Shown in pieces: positions 10,235 through 19,177 of a stretch of DNA of 64,000 nt (the first letter of the stretch is position 1; each line of letters opens with the position of its first letter). The notes under the pieces are model-generated. The model ran no database searches and was not told where the DNA came from. It was given only the letters and a program-made list of their open reading frames with translations. The DNA comes from Candidatus Methanomethylicia archaeon (lineage in GTDB: Archaea > Thermoproteota > Methanomethylicia > Culexarchaeales > Culexarchaeaceae). The position numbers and the translations under genes are program-made. The stretch spans positions 192,001 through 256,000 of the forward strand of contig JAVYVS010000001.1 in the NCBI GenBank assembly GCA_038727515.1. The letters run 5' to 3'.

Positions 10235-11077
10235 TTACATCCTCCTCCTAGATAGGAAGTATCCTATATTCCCAATTATTATGAAGATTACCGTTACTAG
10301 ATGTCCTAGGGATTGAGCATCCATTCCTGCTGCACCTTCTCCAGGTCTTTTAACTAGGATCTCGTATTCTGCTGCACCTCTCAATCCATTACAGAATCCA
10401 ACTATTTTATCTGGGTAGTATGGGTACATTCTTGAGACTAGTACTGCTCCTACAGCTCCACCAACTTTTGTTCCATAGACATCTGTGAGTTGTCTAACAA
10501 CCCAGTCTACTGAGCTGTTTCCGAAGTATATTGCTATTGCCCAATCTTTTGCTGTTCCTGTGGGTAGGTCTTGGAAGAATGGCATTTTCTTTAAATCATT
10601 GCCATATGCATCTTTACCTGTATAGAATACGTCTGCTGCTAATGCTGCTAATCCAACCTCATATTGTGGTATATATCCTAAATTAACATATTTCTTTCCA
10701 TAGTCTGGATGATCATTTGAAGCTCCTAAAATTGTTTTCATGGTTGATTCTATATATGGTACAGCTTCTGTTCGTGCTGCAAAGAATAAAACCCTTAAAC
10801 CTTTATTTACACAGTGTTGGAAAATTGCAAGTTCTGAGGGGTAGCATTCTGCTGCTGCAGCTGGGCTTTGATCATCTATAAATACTACTATGCTTCCTGG
10901 TGGAAGTTTATCTAGGAAGTTGTATAATCCAAGTGTTTCTGCACTATATTTTCCAAGGGGGATTCCTATTGGCCTCAGTATTGGTACGCTTACTGCTATC
11001 CAAACTAATAGGTATATATATCTTACATCTATGTTTTGTATTTTCTCCCATATTGTTTCTGGTTTTTTACTCTCCAC
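10235..11077 (-). CDS. Uncharacterised membrane-anchored alpha/beta-domain protein (3rd gene of DUF6754 module)
   Basis: N-terminal TM, soluble domain (YVNLGYIP, GLRGAAEYE), C-terminal TM after GMDAQSLGH. GTG start at 11077 follows a G-rich SD. Confidence 0.75.
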   Translation of the reverse strand: MESKKPETIWEKIQNIDVRYIYLLVWIAVSVPILRPIGIPLGKYSAETLGLYNFLDKLPPGSIVVFIDDQSPAAAAECYPSELAIFQHCVNKGLRVLFFAARTEAVPYIESTMKTILGASNDHPDYGKKYVNLGYIPQYEVGLAALAADVFYTGKDAYGNDLKKMPFFQDLPTGTAKDWAIAIYFGNSSVDWVVRQLTDVYGTKVGGAVGAVLVSRMYPYYPDKIVGFCNGLRGAAEYEILVKRPGEGAAGMDAQSLGHLVTVIFIIIGNIGYFLSRRRM

Positions 11078-11726
11078 GACCCATCCACCCCCTCTCATAT
11101 CCTAAGAGCATTCGTACATATAGTGCTAAAGTGGCCAGTAATCCTGATATTATTATAACTCTTGCTTCTGCTCTAACCCAAACGTTATTTACCCAATCTT
11201 TTAGCGGCACGAATCCAGGCCATATGAGTTCTCCTATTGGTGCATTTCCAAGCATTGCTATTATTCCAGCTAATAATAGTACTGTTGCTTCTACACTTCT
11301 AGCTCTAAAGGCTCTGTAGGCTGCTGAAGCTATGAAGAATACTAGTATAGAGTATATTGTCGAATCTCCTGGTGCTACTATTGCATTGAATACTTGAGTT
11401 ATGCTTGGTTCTACTGATGGTTTTATCCCTTGGAATGCATATCTAGCTAATCCCCATACTAATGGTACCCATAAGCATATGAGTAATACCCAGCTTTCAA
11501 TTCTTTTAGGTTCTCTTTGGATCCTCCTTGCGTGAATCCTGGTTAATAGTGTTACTGAAATTATTGCTGCAAAAGTTCCAATTATTGCCTGTGCCTTCCT
11601 AATATCTGCTGCCAGATTATTTATTGTTGGTTGTAGTACAAGTGTATCCATTGCTGTTATAAATGTTAAGATTACCATAATCATCCATGGTATATATCTT
11701 CTAATGACTATTGACATTTCATTCAT
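11067..11726 (-). CDS. Uncharacterised polytopic membrane protein (2nd gene of DUF6754 module)
   Basis: About 6 TM segments; FFIASAAYRAFRARSVEATVLL..MLGNAPIG. Confidence 0.75.
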   Translation of the reverse strand: MNEMSIVIRRYIPWMIMVILTFITAMDTLVLQPTINNLAADIRKAQAIIGTFAAIISVTLLTRIHARRIQREPKRIESWVLLICLWVPLVWGLARYAFQGIKPSVEPSITQVFNAIVAPGDSTIYSILVFFIASAAYRAFRARSVEATVLLLAGIIAMLGNAPIGELIWPGFVPLKDWVNNVWVRAEARVIIISGLLATLALYVRMLLGYERGWMGRGE

Positions 11727-11730
11727 CCCC

Positions 11731-12510
11731 CTATATATTTAATAGATCATAAAACCATCTATTTCCAAATGCCCAGAATATTAATCCAATTATTGTTAAT
11801 GCTAATCCAATTAGCCTTATAATGTCTTGTCCAAATATTGTCCCTATTTGTTCTGGCGTTCCTGCAACATAAGCTCCTGCAGTTATTAATTCTTCACTTA
11901 TTAATGTGTAGTCGCATGTGGCTATGAAGAATGGTATTTGATAGCTATTTGTTGTTCCAGCTATTTGTATTGCTCCAGCTCTAAATCCTGCTTCAGCTAA
12001 TATTAGTGATTCCGCTGCGAAGTATCCAAGTAATAGGTTTGCAGCAACTTTTTCTCTAAGTATTAATCCCATGGCTCCACTGGCGTATGCAAATTGCCTA
12101 TTGGAGAGCCATATAACATTTTCAGGTCTAAATTCATCTGGTTTTCCAGCCATTGTATATGCATTTTTAATTAAGTCTCTGGCAACTGGTTCTACTGTTG
12201 GATCTGAAAATGTAAATAGGAATCTAACACCATATTCTGCACATTTTTTAGCTACGTATTGGCATATACTTAATCCTGCAATGACCTGTGTATCTCCAAC
12301 TCCACCTAAACCAACTGTGTAATGTACTGGTCTACCCATTTCAGTGGCTCTGCCTATCGCTTCATCCAGGGCATCCATCCCTGGAAGTTTCCTAATTTTT
12401 GGTTTAATTACACCCTTCTTTGTAAAGTAGACCGCTAGGAATATTATGATTATTGAAGCAATGAACATCACTGTGGAACCAATATAGGTAGACCTAATAC
12501 TTAAACTCAT
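11731..12510 (-). CDS. DUF6754-domain membrane protein (1st gene of module)
   Basis: IRKLPGMDALDEAIGRATEMGRPV, FAAESLILAE, QIPFFIATCDYTLISEEL recognised as the DUF6754 signature; terminal TMs. Start moved to ATG 12510. Confidence 0.75.
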   Translation of the reverse strand: MSLSIRSTYIGSTVMFIASIIIIFLAVYFTKKGVIKPKIRKLPGMDALDEAIGRATEMGRPVHYTVGLGGVGDTQVIAGLSICQYVAKKCAEYGVRFLFTFSDPTVEPVARDLIKNAYTMAGKPDEFRPENVIWLSNRQFAYASGAMGLILREKVAANLLLGYFAAESLILAEAGFRAGAIQIAGTTNSYQIPFFIATCDYTLISEELITAGAYVAGTPEQIGTIFGQDIIRLIGLALTIIGLIFWAFGNRWFYDLLNI

Positions 12511-12636
12511 GTATGACTCTCTCCTTAAAACTTTTTCAAAAATGTAGTTCTCGTATATTTTTCTCAACTAATAGCTATTTATATTTTTCCTAAATTTTTC
12601 AAATTTTTTTCAATGAAAAGTTTAAATGAGTAAATT

Positions 12637-13344
12637 CTAATCCTTCTTTAATTTAGTAATTACATCTGGTTTATTACTTACAATTCCATCTATTCCACGA
12701 TTCTTTAATTCTAATGCAGTTTCATAATCATCTACAGTCCATGCTGCAATCATAAGTTTCAATTTATGTGCAAATTCTATTGCTTTAGCTGTTGCTAAAC
12801 GATAATATGGTAATGCAATTTTTGCACCTATCTTTTTAGCACCTAGAATTCCATCCATCGGTTTAATGTATATTAAGCCAACATTAGCTTTACTATTAAA
12901 TTTTAAAACTTCAATTAAGTGTTCAATATAGAATGATGTGAAGAGAACTGAATCCCATAATTTTCTAGCATTTACCTCCATAATTGCTGGTTTAATAGCT
13001 TCATTGGTTTTCAACTCTAAAAATATTATACATTTATCACCAATAAGGTCTAATGCTTCACTTAGTAAGGGCACTTTCTCATCCAATCCAATCTTAAGTT
13101 TGCTTACATAATCCCAATCAAGTTCAGCAATCTTACCACTACCATTGGTAGTTCTATCCACAGTTTCATCATGCATAATAACTGCTTTACCATCCCTCGT
13201 TACTCTAACATCCATTTCAATGGCATCAACACCAAAATCCAAAGCCAATTTAAAAGCACTCAAAGTATTCTCGGGTTTATAGGCACTTGCACCCCTATGC
13301 GCAACAACAAAAAACTTATTACGTAAATCATCAAACACAACCAT
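12637..13344 (-). CDS. ugpQ: Glycerophosphodiester phosphodiesterase
   Basis: AHRGAS..PENTL, EMDV, HD, ELK, WTVD, GIVSN. Start ATG 13344 after GAGGT. Confidence 0.92.
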   Translation of the reverse strand: MVVFDDLRNKFFVVAHRGASAYKPENTLSAFKLALDFGVDAIEMDVRVTRDGKAVIMHDETVDRTTNGSGKIAELDWDYVSKLKIGLDEKVPLLSEALDLIGDKCIIFLELKTNEAIKPAIMEVNARKLWDSVLFTSFYIEHLIEVLKFNSKANVGLIYIKPMDGILGAKKIGAKIALPYYRLATAKAIEFAHKLKLMIAAWTVDDYETALELKNRGIDGIVSNKPDVITKLKKD

Positions 13345-13390
13345 AAACACAACCTCAAACAATAATCTACACACATACAAATTTCACTTT

Positions 13391-13470
13391 CGCTACGCAA
13401 CCCAAAATTTTCGGGGGTTTGCTGGGGTTGGGGTGGCTCCGCAACCCGTCTTCTTCGGGTTGCGTCGCCG
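13391..13470. other. GC-rich structured intergenic element (hairpins); cis-RNA or miniature mobile element
   Basis: Perfect 9-bp stem CGCAACCCG(13440-48)/CGGGTTGCG(13456-64) extended by GGC/GCC; a second CGCAACCC copy at 13396-13403. Confidence 0.55.
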
Positions 13471-13508
13471 TTTATGCTAGGTTTAAATATTCCTCTTTAT
13501 ATTAAGGT

Positions 13509-15857
13509 TTGGATAAATTGGCTGGGGCTTTTAAGGTTAGGGTTGTTGGGATTGTTCAGGGGGTTGGCTTTAGACCATTCATATATAGGCTTGCCAAGAG
13601 GCTTGGTTTAAGGGGGTATGTGGTGAATCTTGGGGGTAGTGAAGTTGAGATTCACGTTGAAGGTGTTGATAGGGTTGGGCTGGAAAGATTTCTGGAGGCT
13701 ATGGAGAGGGAGAAGCCTCCGAGAACGGTGATAGAGAGGATAATGGTAATAGAGGTAGACTCAGAGGGGTACATGGACTTTAAAATACTGGAGAGTAAGG
13801 GGGAGATTGCATCTAGAAGCATGATTCCACCAGACACATCCATATGCGATGACTGTGTAAAGGAGATTCTAGACCCAAACAATAATGGTAGATTCTATGG
13901 GTATCACTGGAATAGCTGCGCATGGTGTGGACCTAGATTCTCCATGATGTATAGAACACCCTACGACCGTGAAAACACCTCCATGGGGAAATTCAAGCTT
14001 TGCAGTGAATGCGCTAAAAGCTACAGTGACCCCGAGGATCTAAGGAGGTTTCATGGGCAGGGGATAAGCTGCTTGAAATGTGGACCTAAAACCCATGTTT
14101 ATGGTATGGATGGATTGAGGATTGAGGTTGAGGATCCAGTGGAATTCGCTGTAAAGGTGATTTTGGAGGGTGGATTCATAGCTTTAAAGGGTGTAGGTGG
14201 ATTCCACATTGCATGTTTAGCTTCAAGGGATGATGTGGTGGCTGAATTGAGGAGGAGGAAGAAGAGGCCTCAGCAGCCCTTTGCATTGATGGCTAGAGAT
14301 TGGAGTGTGGTTTTAAGGCTTGTGGATCCACCTTTAGAGGCTAGAGGGCTTTTGGAGGGTCCACGGAAGCCTATACTAGTACTCCCCAAAAAATTGGGTG
14401 CACCAGTTTCAGAGCTTGTTGCACCTGGACTCTCCACCCTCGGGGTTATGCTCCCCTACACCGGCTTCCAAACCCTACTTTTAAATGGGATTCCAGAAGG
14501 CTTCCTAATTATGACTAGTGGGAATAGGAGTGGGAGACCTATGTGTACAAGTCTTGGCGAAGCTCTTGTAGAGCTTCGTGGAATAGTGGATTACATTGTG
14601 GATCATGAGAGGGAGATCGTGCATAGAGTGGATGATAGCGTGTTAAGGTTTACTGATGGTAGACCAGTCTTCCTCAGGAGGGGGAGGGGTTATGCTCCTG
14701 AATGGGTGGAGGTAGGCTTCAGAATCGTGGAGGCAGCGGCTGTGGGAGGTGAACTTCAAAGTGTGGGTGGAGTTGGATTTGAGGATAAGATTGTTTTAAC
14801 ACAGTTCATTGGGGATGTGGATGAACCAGCCCAGCTATGGAGTTTAGAACGTGAATTAAAATGGCTTATAGAGGTTTATGGGCTTAAACCTAGGATAATA
14901 GCCTTAGATATGCATCCACAATACTCCAATAGGCTGGTGGCGGAAAGGCTAGGTGAAACTTATGGTGCTAGGCTAATTGAAGTTCAACATCACCATGCCC
15001 ATGCAGCCACTGTAATAGGCGAATTAAAGGCTGAATCAAGCGAGAGGTTTATGGCTATAACCATTGATGGAACCGGATATGGTGAGGGAGGGGAAATCTG
15101 GGGTGGAGAAATACTATTGGCATCCCTGGAAAGCTATAAGCGTGTGGGAAGCATAAAACCCTTCACACTGCCAGGTGGAGATACAGCTGCAAGACACCCA
15201 GCAAAAACATTGGTAAGCCTATTAGCCTCAAATGGATACAGTGAGGAAGAAACCATTGAAATCCTATATAGACATGGAGTCATAGATGGATTCCCCCATG
15301 GAATAATAGAGGCGAAACTAACCCATAGATTAGCAGCCTCCAAAAGAGGATTTAAAACCTCAAGTCTAGGCAGGATTCTAGACGCCTTCTCCACACTCCT
15401 AGGAGCATGCAAAGAGAGAACCTATGAGGGGGAGCCAGCAATAAAACTTGAAGCCCTCGCAGACAATGTAAACCAGCCACCCATAGACCAAGAACCAAGA
15501 ATAACCATGGGTGAAAACAGACTCCTAATAGATGTAAAACCCCTATTGGAATGGACACTGGAAAACCTCAACACCATAGAAAAGGGTAGAATAGCCTTAA
15601 CCATACAATACAACCTCGGAAAAACCCTGGCGAAAACAGTCCTAGAAGCCTTAAAGGGGAGGAGAAACATTAGAAGAGAAGTAATAGTAAGTGGAGGAGC
15701 AGCAGTAAACACCCACATAATCAAAGGAATAAAAAGTATACTGAGAAAAGAAGGACTAGAGGTAATCCTACCATCAAAAACACCACCAGGAGACGGAGGA
15801 ATAGCCCTAGGACAAATACTAGTTGCATCTAGTGTAAACTTCAAATCCCAAATTTAA
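13509..15857 (+). CDS. hypF: [NiFe]-hydrogenase maturation carbamoyltransferase HypF
   Basis: Acylphosphatase domain GIVQGVGFRPF, two CxxC-x18-CxxC-type Zn fingers, KGVGGFH, QHHHAH, DGTGYG, PPGDGGIALGQ. Confidence 0.96.
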   Translation: MDKLAGAFKVRVVGIVQGVGFRPFIYRLAKRLGLRGYVVNLGGSEVEIHVEGVDRVGLERFLEAMEREKPPRTVIERIMVIEVDSEGYMDFKILESKGEIASRSMIPPDTSICDDCVKEILDPNNNGRFYGYHWNSCAWCGPRFSMMYRTPYDRENTSMGKFKLCSECAKSYSDPEDLRRFHGQGISCLKCGPKTHVYGMDGLRIEVEDPVEFAVKVILEGGFIALKGVGGFHIACLASRDDVVAELRRRKKRPQQPFALMARDWSVVLRLVDPPLEARGLLEGPRKPILVLPKKLGAPVSELVAPGLSTLGVMLPYTGFQTLLLNGIPEGFLIMTSGNRSGRPMCTSLGEALVELRGIVDYIVDHEREIVHRVDDSVLRFTDGRPVFLRRGRGYAPEWVEVGFRIVEAAAVGGELQSVGGVGFEDKIVLTQFIGDVDEPAQLWSLERELKWLIEVYGLKPRIIALDMHPQYSNRLVAERLGETYGARLIEVQHHHAHAATVIGELKAESSERFMAITIDGTGYGEGGEIWGGEILLASLESYKRVGSIKPFTLPGGDTAARHPAKTLVSLLASNGYSEEETIEILYRHGVIDGFPHGIIEAKLTHRLAASKRGFKTSSLGRILDAFSTLLGACKERTYEGEPAIKLEALADNVNQPPIDQEPRITMGENRLLIDVKPLLEWTLENLNTIEKGRIALTIQYNLGKTLAKTVLEALKGRRNIRREVIVSGGAAVNTHIIKGIKSILRKEGLEVILPSKTPPGDGGIALGQILVASSVNFKSQI

Positions 15858-16685
15858 AATGTCAGAATCAAGATCTAGAGGGCCAATAGCACCAGTATTC
15901 TCAGAGCTAAACCGCCCGAAACTTTCAGAACCAGGCTGCCAGAAACAAACACTTTGAAAGAGAAACTCACAATATTCACTTCCACGAGAAACACATTCAA
16001 CCTCACACCCATACAAACTCTTCCCAAGAAACCTACTAAACCACCCCTCAAGAAAACCTAAAATGAAAGATGACCCCCTAAACCCCTTAAGACCCCTACA
16101 AACTCTACACTCAATGGAATCATAAACCCTAACCTGCAGAAAACCAAGCTCAAGATCCACCTTCACAAGCTCAAGAGAACCAAACCCCAACCCACTAAAA
16201 AACGTAGACCCCACACTAAAAACAAGGTTGAAACTCCCCTGACCCACAAAACTAAGACAATAATCATGAAACTTACAGCCCATCTCAAAACCTATACTAT
16301 AGGAGACGGCAGGCGCAGTCACATTAAGAGTCTTAAACAAACCCTCAAACAAACTCTTAAACAAACCTCCAGTAAGAATCACATTCCTACCATCCAAAAC
16401 CTCCCAATAATAATCTTCAAAATAAACCTTGAAAACACCCTCAAAACTCCTCTTCAACCTATCCCTAACCTCATCAACAAAACCATTCAAATCACCATTA
16501 AACCCATCAAAACTAAGCAAAACCCCAACATAACTAGAATCACCCACACGAAAAGAATTTAAACCCAAAACCCTAACACCCTTAGAAGAAAGAAACTGCA
16601 AAACACTGGAAACACCATTAAAATCACGAATCAAATCACCTGGAATCATCATCTTAACAATCTTAACACTACCATCAACCTGCAT
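15819..16685 (-). CDS. ACT-like + V4R domain protein
   Basis: GFG..VYDSIEC..FILGFLEGW..EVEC..GSEYCEF V4R signature; N-terminal ferredoxin-like pattern. Confidence 0.78.
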   Translation of the reverse strand: MQVDGSVKIVKMMIPGDLIRDFNGVSSVLQFLSSKGVRVLGLNSFRVGDSSYVGVLLSFDGFNGDLNGFVDEVRDRLKRSFEGVFKVYFEDYYWEVLDGRNVILTGGLFKSLFEGLFKTLNVTAPAVSYSIGFEMGCKFHDYCLSFVGQGSFNLVFSVGSTFFSGLGFGSLELVKVDLELGFLQVRVYDSIECRVCRGLKGFRGSSFILGFLEGWFSRFLGKSLYGCEVECVSRGSEYCEFLFQSVCFWQPGSESFGRFSSENTGAIGPLDLDSDILNLGFEVYTRCN

Positions 16686-16815
16686 GTAAAACGCTATATA
16701 AAAACATTTAAGAAACTTATGAATGAGAAATCTAAAACCATGTTCAGAACAAAAATCTATACCAAAAATTCACAAACAATTTAAAACAAGCATAAAAATA
16801 CATAAACGACCAACC

Positions 16816-17481
16816 ATGAAAATAGGTAGAAATAAAAGGGGAATGATTGGAATAGAAGCAGCAATAATACTAATAGCCTTCGTAATAGTGGCATCAGCCT
16901 TCAGCTACATGGTAATCAGCATGGGGCTCGCATCCACACAAAGAGGAAAAGAAACCATAACCTCAAGCCTACAAGAAGTCTTAAGCCCACTAATCATAGA
17001 CGGATCCATAACCATAAAAACCGAAAACCAAAAGGTAACCGGCATAATAATCCCACTAAAAGTTTCAGGAGTATCATATGTACCCATGGGAGCCAATAGA
17101 ACCGTAGTCACACTAAAAATCAAATACGCAGACACATCAAAAGACCCAGTATCATACCCAAACATATATGTAGGAGTAAACACAACCATTGACCCAGCAA
17201 AAACAGGTTTCACAGACATCCTTGATGGTCTCAAATTCAAATACAAGGACAATGGTATAAATGCAACCGCCCAACTATTCCTAGAGGAAAACAATAAGGA
17301 TGACGCCTTCGACTTCTTTGAAAAGGGATACCTAGTAATAAAATTAGATCCCAGCCTAGATTTAACCTCTAGATGCGAAGTATACATTGAAGTTAGACCT
17401 GAAAAAGGAGCCCCACTCACAATAAACTTCATAATACCAGCAAACCTACCCACAGGAAACCACTACATAACAGTAGTATAA
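16816..17481 (+). CDS. arlB: Archaellin
   Basis: Class III signal peptide MKIGRNKRG|MIGIEAAIILIAFVIVAS with +5 Glu; C-terminal EVRPEKGAPL. Start moved to 16816. Confidence 0.93.
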   Translation: MKIGRNKRGMIGIEAAIILIAFVIVASAFSYMVISMGLASTQRGKETITSSLQEVLSPLIIDGSITIKTENQKVTGIIIPLKVSGVSYVPMGANRTVVTLKIKYADTSKDPVSYPNIYVGVNTTIDPAKTGFTDILDGLKFKYKDNGINATAQLFLEENNKDDAFDFFEKGYLVIKLDPSLDLTSRCEVYIEVRPEKGAPLTINFIIPANLPTGNHYITVV

Positions 17482-17503
17482 ACCACACCCTAAACCCTAC
17501 ACA

Positions 17504-17510
17504 TTTTTTT
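17504..17510 (+). terminator. oligo-T terminator after arlB
   Basis: T7 run 23 nt after the arlB stop in an otherwise T-poor region. Confidence 0.45.
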
Positions 17511-17546
17511 AAACCTTAACAAACATTTATTATTTATGGGTGGGGG

Positions 17547-18176
17547 ATGAAAATGGCGGGAAACGAGAAAGAAACCAGAGACAAAGAAATAGAAGAATTA
17601 AAGAAAACAGTGGAATCACTAAAGGAAGCCATAATGGACATTAGAACCACATTAAGCGAACTGGAAAACCCCTTCAACCTACTAAAATCCATAACTGATA
17701 TAGCCCCAAACATAATAAAACAGGGGGAAGAAACAAGCCAACCAAAACCAGAACCAAAAGAGAATGAAATAGAAGAGAAACCTGAAACCAAGAAGATAGA
17801 GGAAAAACCAATAGAAAAACCTGCACCACCACAACAGCCCCCAACACCAATGAGCACAACCTTCGGCTTCAACCTACTCAAATGGGCATGGATACTAATG
17901 GATGCGGGAATGAGCAAAGAAGACATCATGTCCATAACAAAATACTGTGAACTAGTGGGATACCTACCAAAAAACTCAAGCACACTAATAGAATACGCCC
18001 TAGACCCCATGTACAAAGCAAGACTTGGAGGATTAAACTATGATGAATTCACCCTAATAATATATAATGCAGCCAGAGCAGCAGGAGTAAACATTAGAAT
18101 AGAAAGCCTAGAGGAAATGGCCTTCAACCTACTAAGAAAAATACTCAAGAAGATAGAATATGAAGAGCATAGGTGA
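17547..18176 (+). CDS. Archaellum accessory protein, ArlC/D/E-like
   Basis: Coiled coil ending ELENPF, Pro/Glu/Lys linker, LLKWAWILMDAG..KYCELVGYL helical domain; no TM; lies between arlB and arlG. Confidence 0.6.
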   Translation: MKMAGNEKETRDKEIEELKKTVESLKEAIMDIRTTLSELENPFNLLKSITDIAPNIIKQGEETSQPKPEPKENEIEEKPETKKIEEKPIEKPAPPQQPPTPMSTTFGFNLLKWAWILMDAGMSKEDIMSITKYCELVGYLPKNSSTLIEYALDPMYKARLGGLNYDEFTLIIYNAARAAGVNIRIESLEEMAFNLLRKILKKIEYEEHR

Positions 18177-18664
18177 AATCCATGGGCTTTTCCACCACAT
18201 ACACTGAACTCATAATACTAATGGCATCCATAATACTAGCCACCACAGCCTCCACATACATCATATACATGTCAAACAACATCCAAACAAGCATAATGCA
18301 AATCACACAGGAAACAAGCAAATCACTAAACACGAGAATAGAAATAGTATACGCCACCATCATGAACGGCACAGAACAAGGATACAAAATCTATGCAAAA
18401 AACATAGGGCTAATAGCAATACACCAATACGAGGAAATAGACGTATACATAGGACCATATGGACAAGCAAAATACTATCGATACTCAAAAACCCCACAGG
18501 AAAACACCTTCACAATAATAGATGCAGATCAAGATGGAACATGGGAAATATGGGAAACCGCAGAAATAAAGGTATACACAACCCCCACAACCAATGGAAC
18601 AATAGAAGTAAGAATAAAACCATTAAATGGGCCCACAGCCACCTACATATTCACACCCCCATAA
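18173..18664 (+). CDS. arlG: Archaellum stator protein ArlG (FlaG)
   Basis: TELIILMASIILA TM, IYAKNIG, DGTWEIWETAEI; operon position. Confidence 0.8.
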   Translation: MKSMGFSTTYTELIILMASIILATTASTYIIYMSNNIQTSIMQITQETSKSLNTRIEIVYATIMNGTEQGYKIYAKNIGLIAIHQYEEIDVYIGPYGQAKYYRYSKTPQENTFTIIDADQDGTWEIWETAEIKVYTTPTTNGTIEVRIKPLNGPTATYIFTPP

Positions 18665-18676
18665 GGGGGGAAATAA

Positions 18677-19177
18677 ATGGGGATATCAACACCCATAACC
18701 ACCATAATACTATCCACCATAATAATCCTCACCATAACCACCACCTATCACACCCTCCTCACACAATCCACCACCATCATACAAAACCAGTTAAACACCA
18801 ACATAGAAAATAGAAACACAATACTAACAATAGAAAACGTACAAATACAAGAGAGAAGCATAACCCTAAAACTTAGAAACATAGCTGGAAACCCCATAAT
18901 ATTTGGAGGAGAAACATACAAATGGTGCAGCTTCATAATCTCATACAAAAGCCAAAATGAATGGGTAACAACACTAATAGAAAACTACACCATAACGAAA
19001 ATAGAAATCACAGGAACCAGCATAACCACAACAAACACAACACTAAACCCCGGGCAAGAAGCCACCATCACCATCAACATACCCCCCACCAACCCACCAA
19101 TACCCCCAAACACCATAGTAAAAATAGTATTCACAACAAACAATGGGGTAAAAACAACCTATGTAGGGGCGAGGTAA
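18677..19177 (+). CDS. arlF: Archaellum stator protein ArlF (FlaF)
   Basis: MGIS + TM, LNPGQE, FTTNNGV; operon position. Confidence 0.78.
   Translation: MGISTPITTIILSTIIILTITTTYHTLLTQSTTIIQNQLNTNIENRNTILTIENVQIQERSITLKLRNIAGNPIIFGGETYKWCSFIISYKSQNEWVTTLIENYTITKIEITGTSITTTNTTLNPGQEATITINIPPTNPPIPPNTIVKIVFTTNNGVKTTYVGAR

Noticed and set aside
13434-13470. SECIS-like reading of the minus-strand hairpin (tandem GA, AAG loop)
   Set aside because: No AUGA core or asymmetric kink-turn loop, and no in-frame TGA selenoprotein candidate in the flanking genes.
13391-13470. Possible tRNA or attachment site
   Set aside because: No cloverleaf, T-loop (TTCRA) or acceptor stem, and no integrase nearby.
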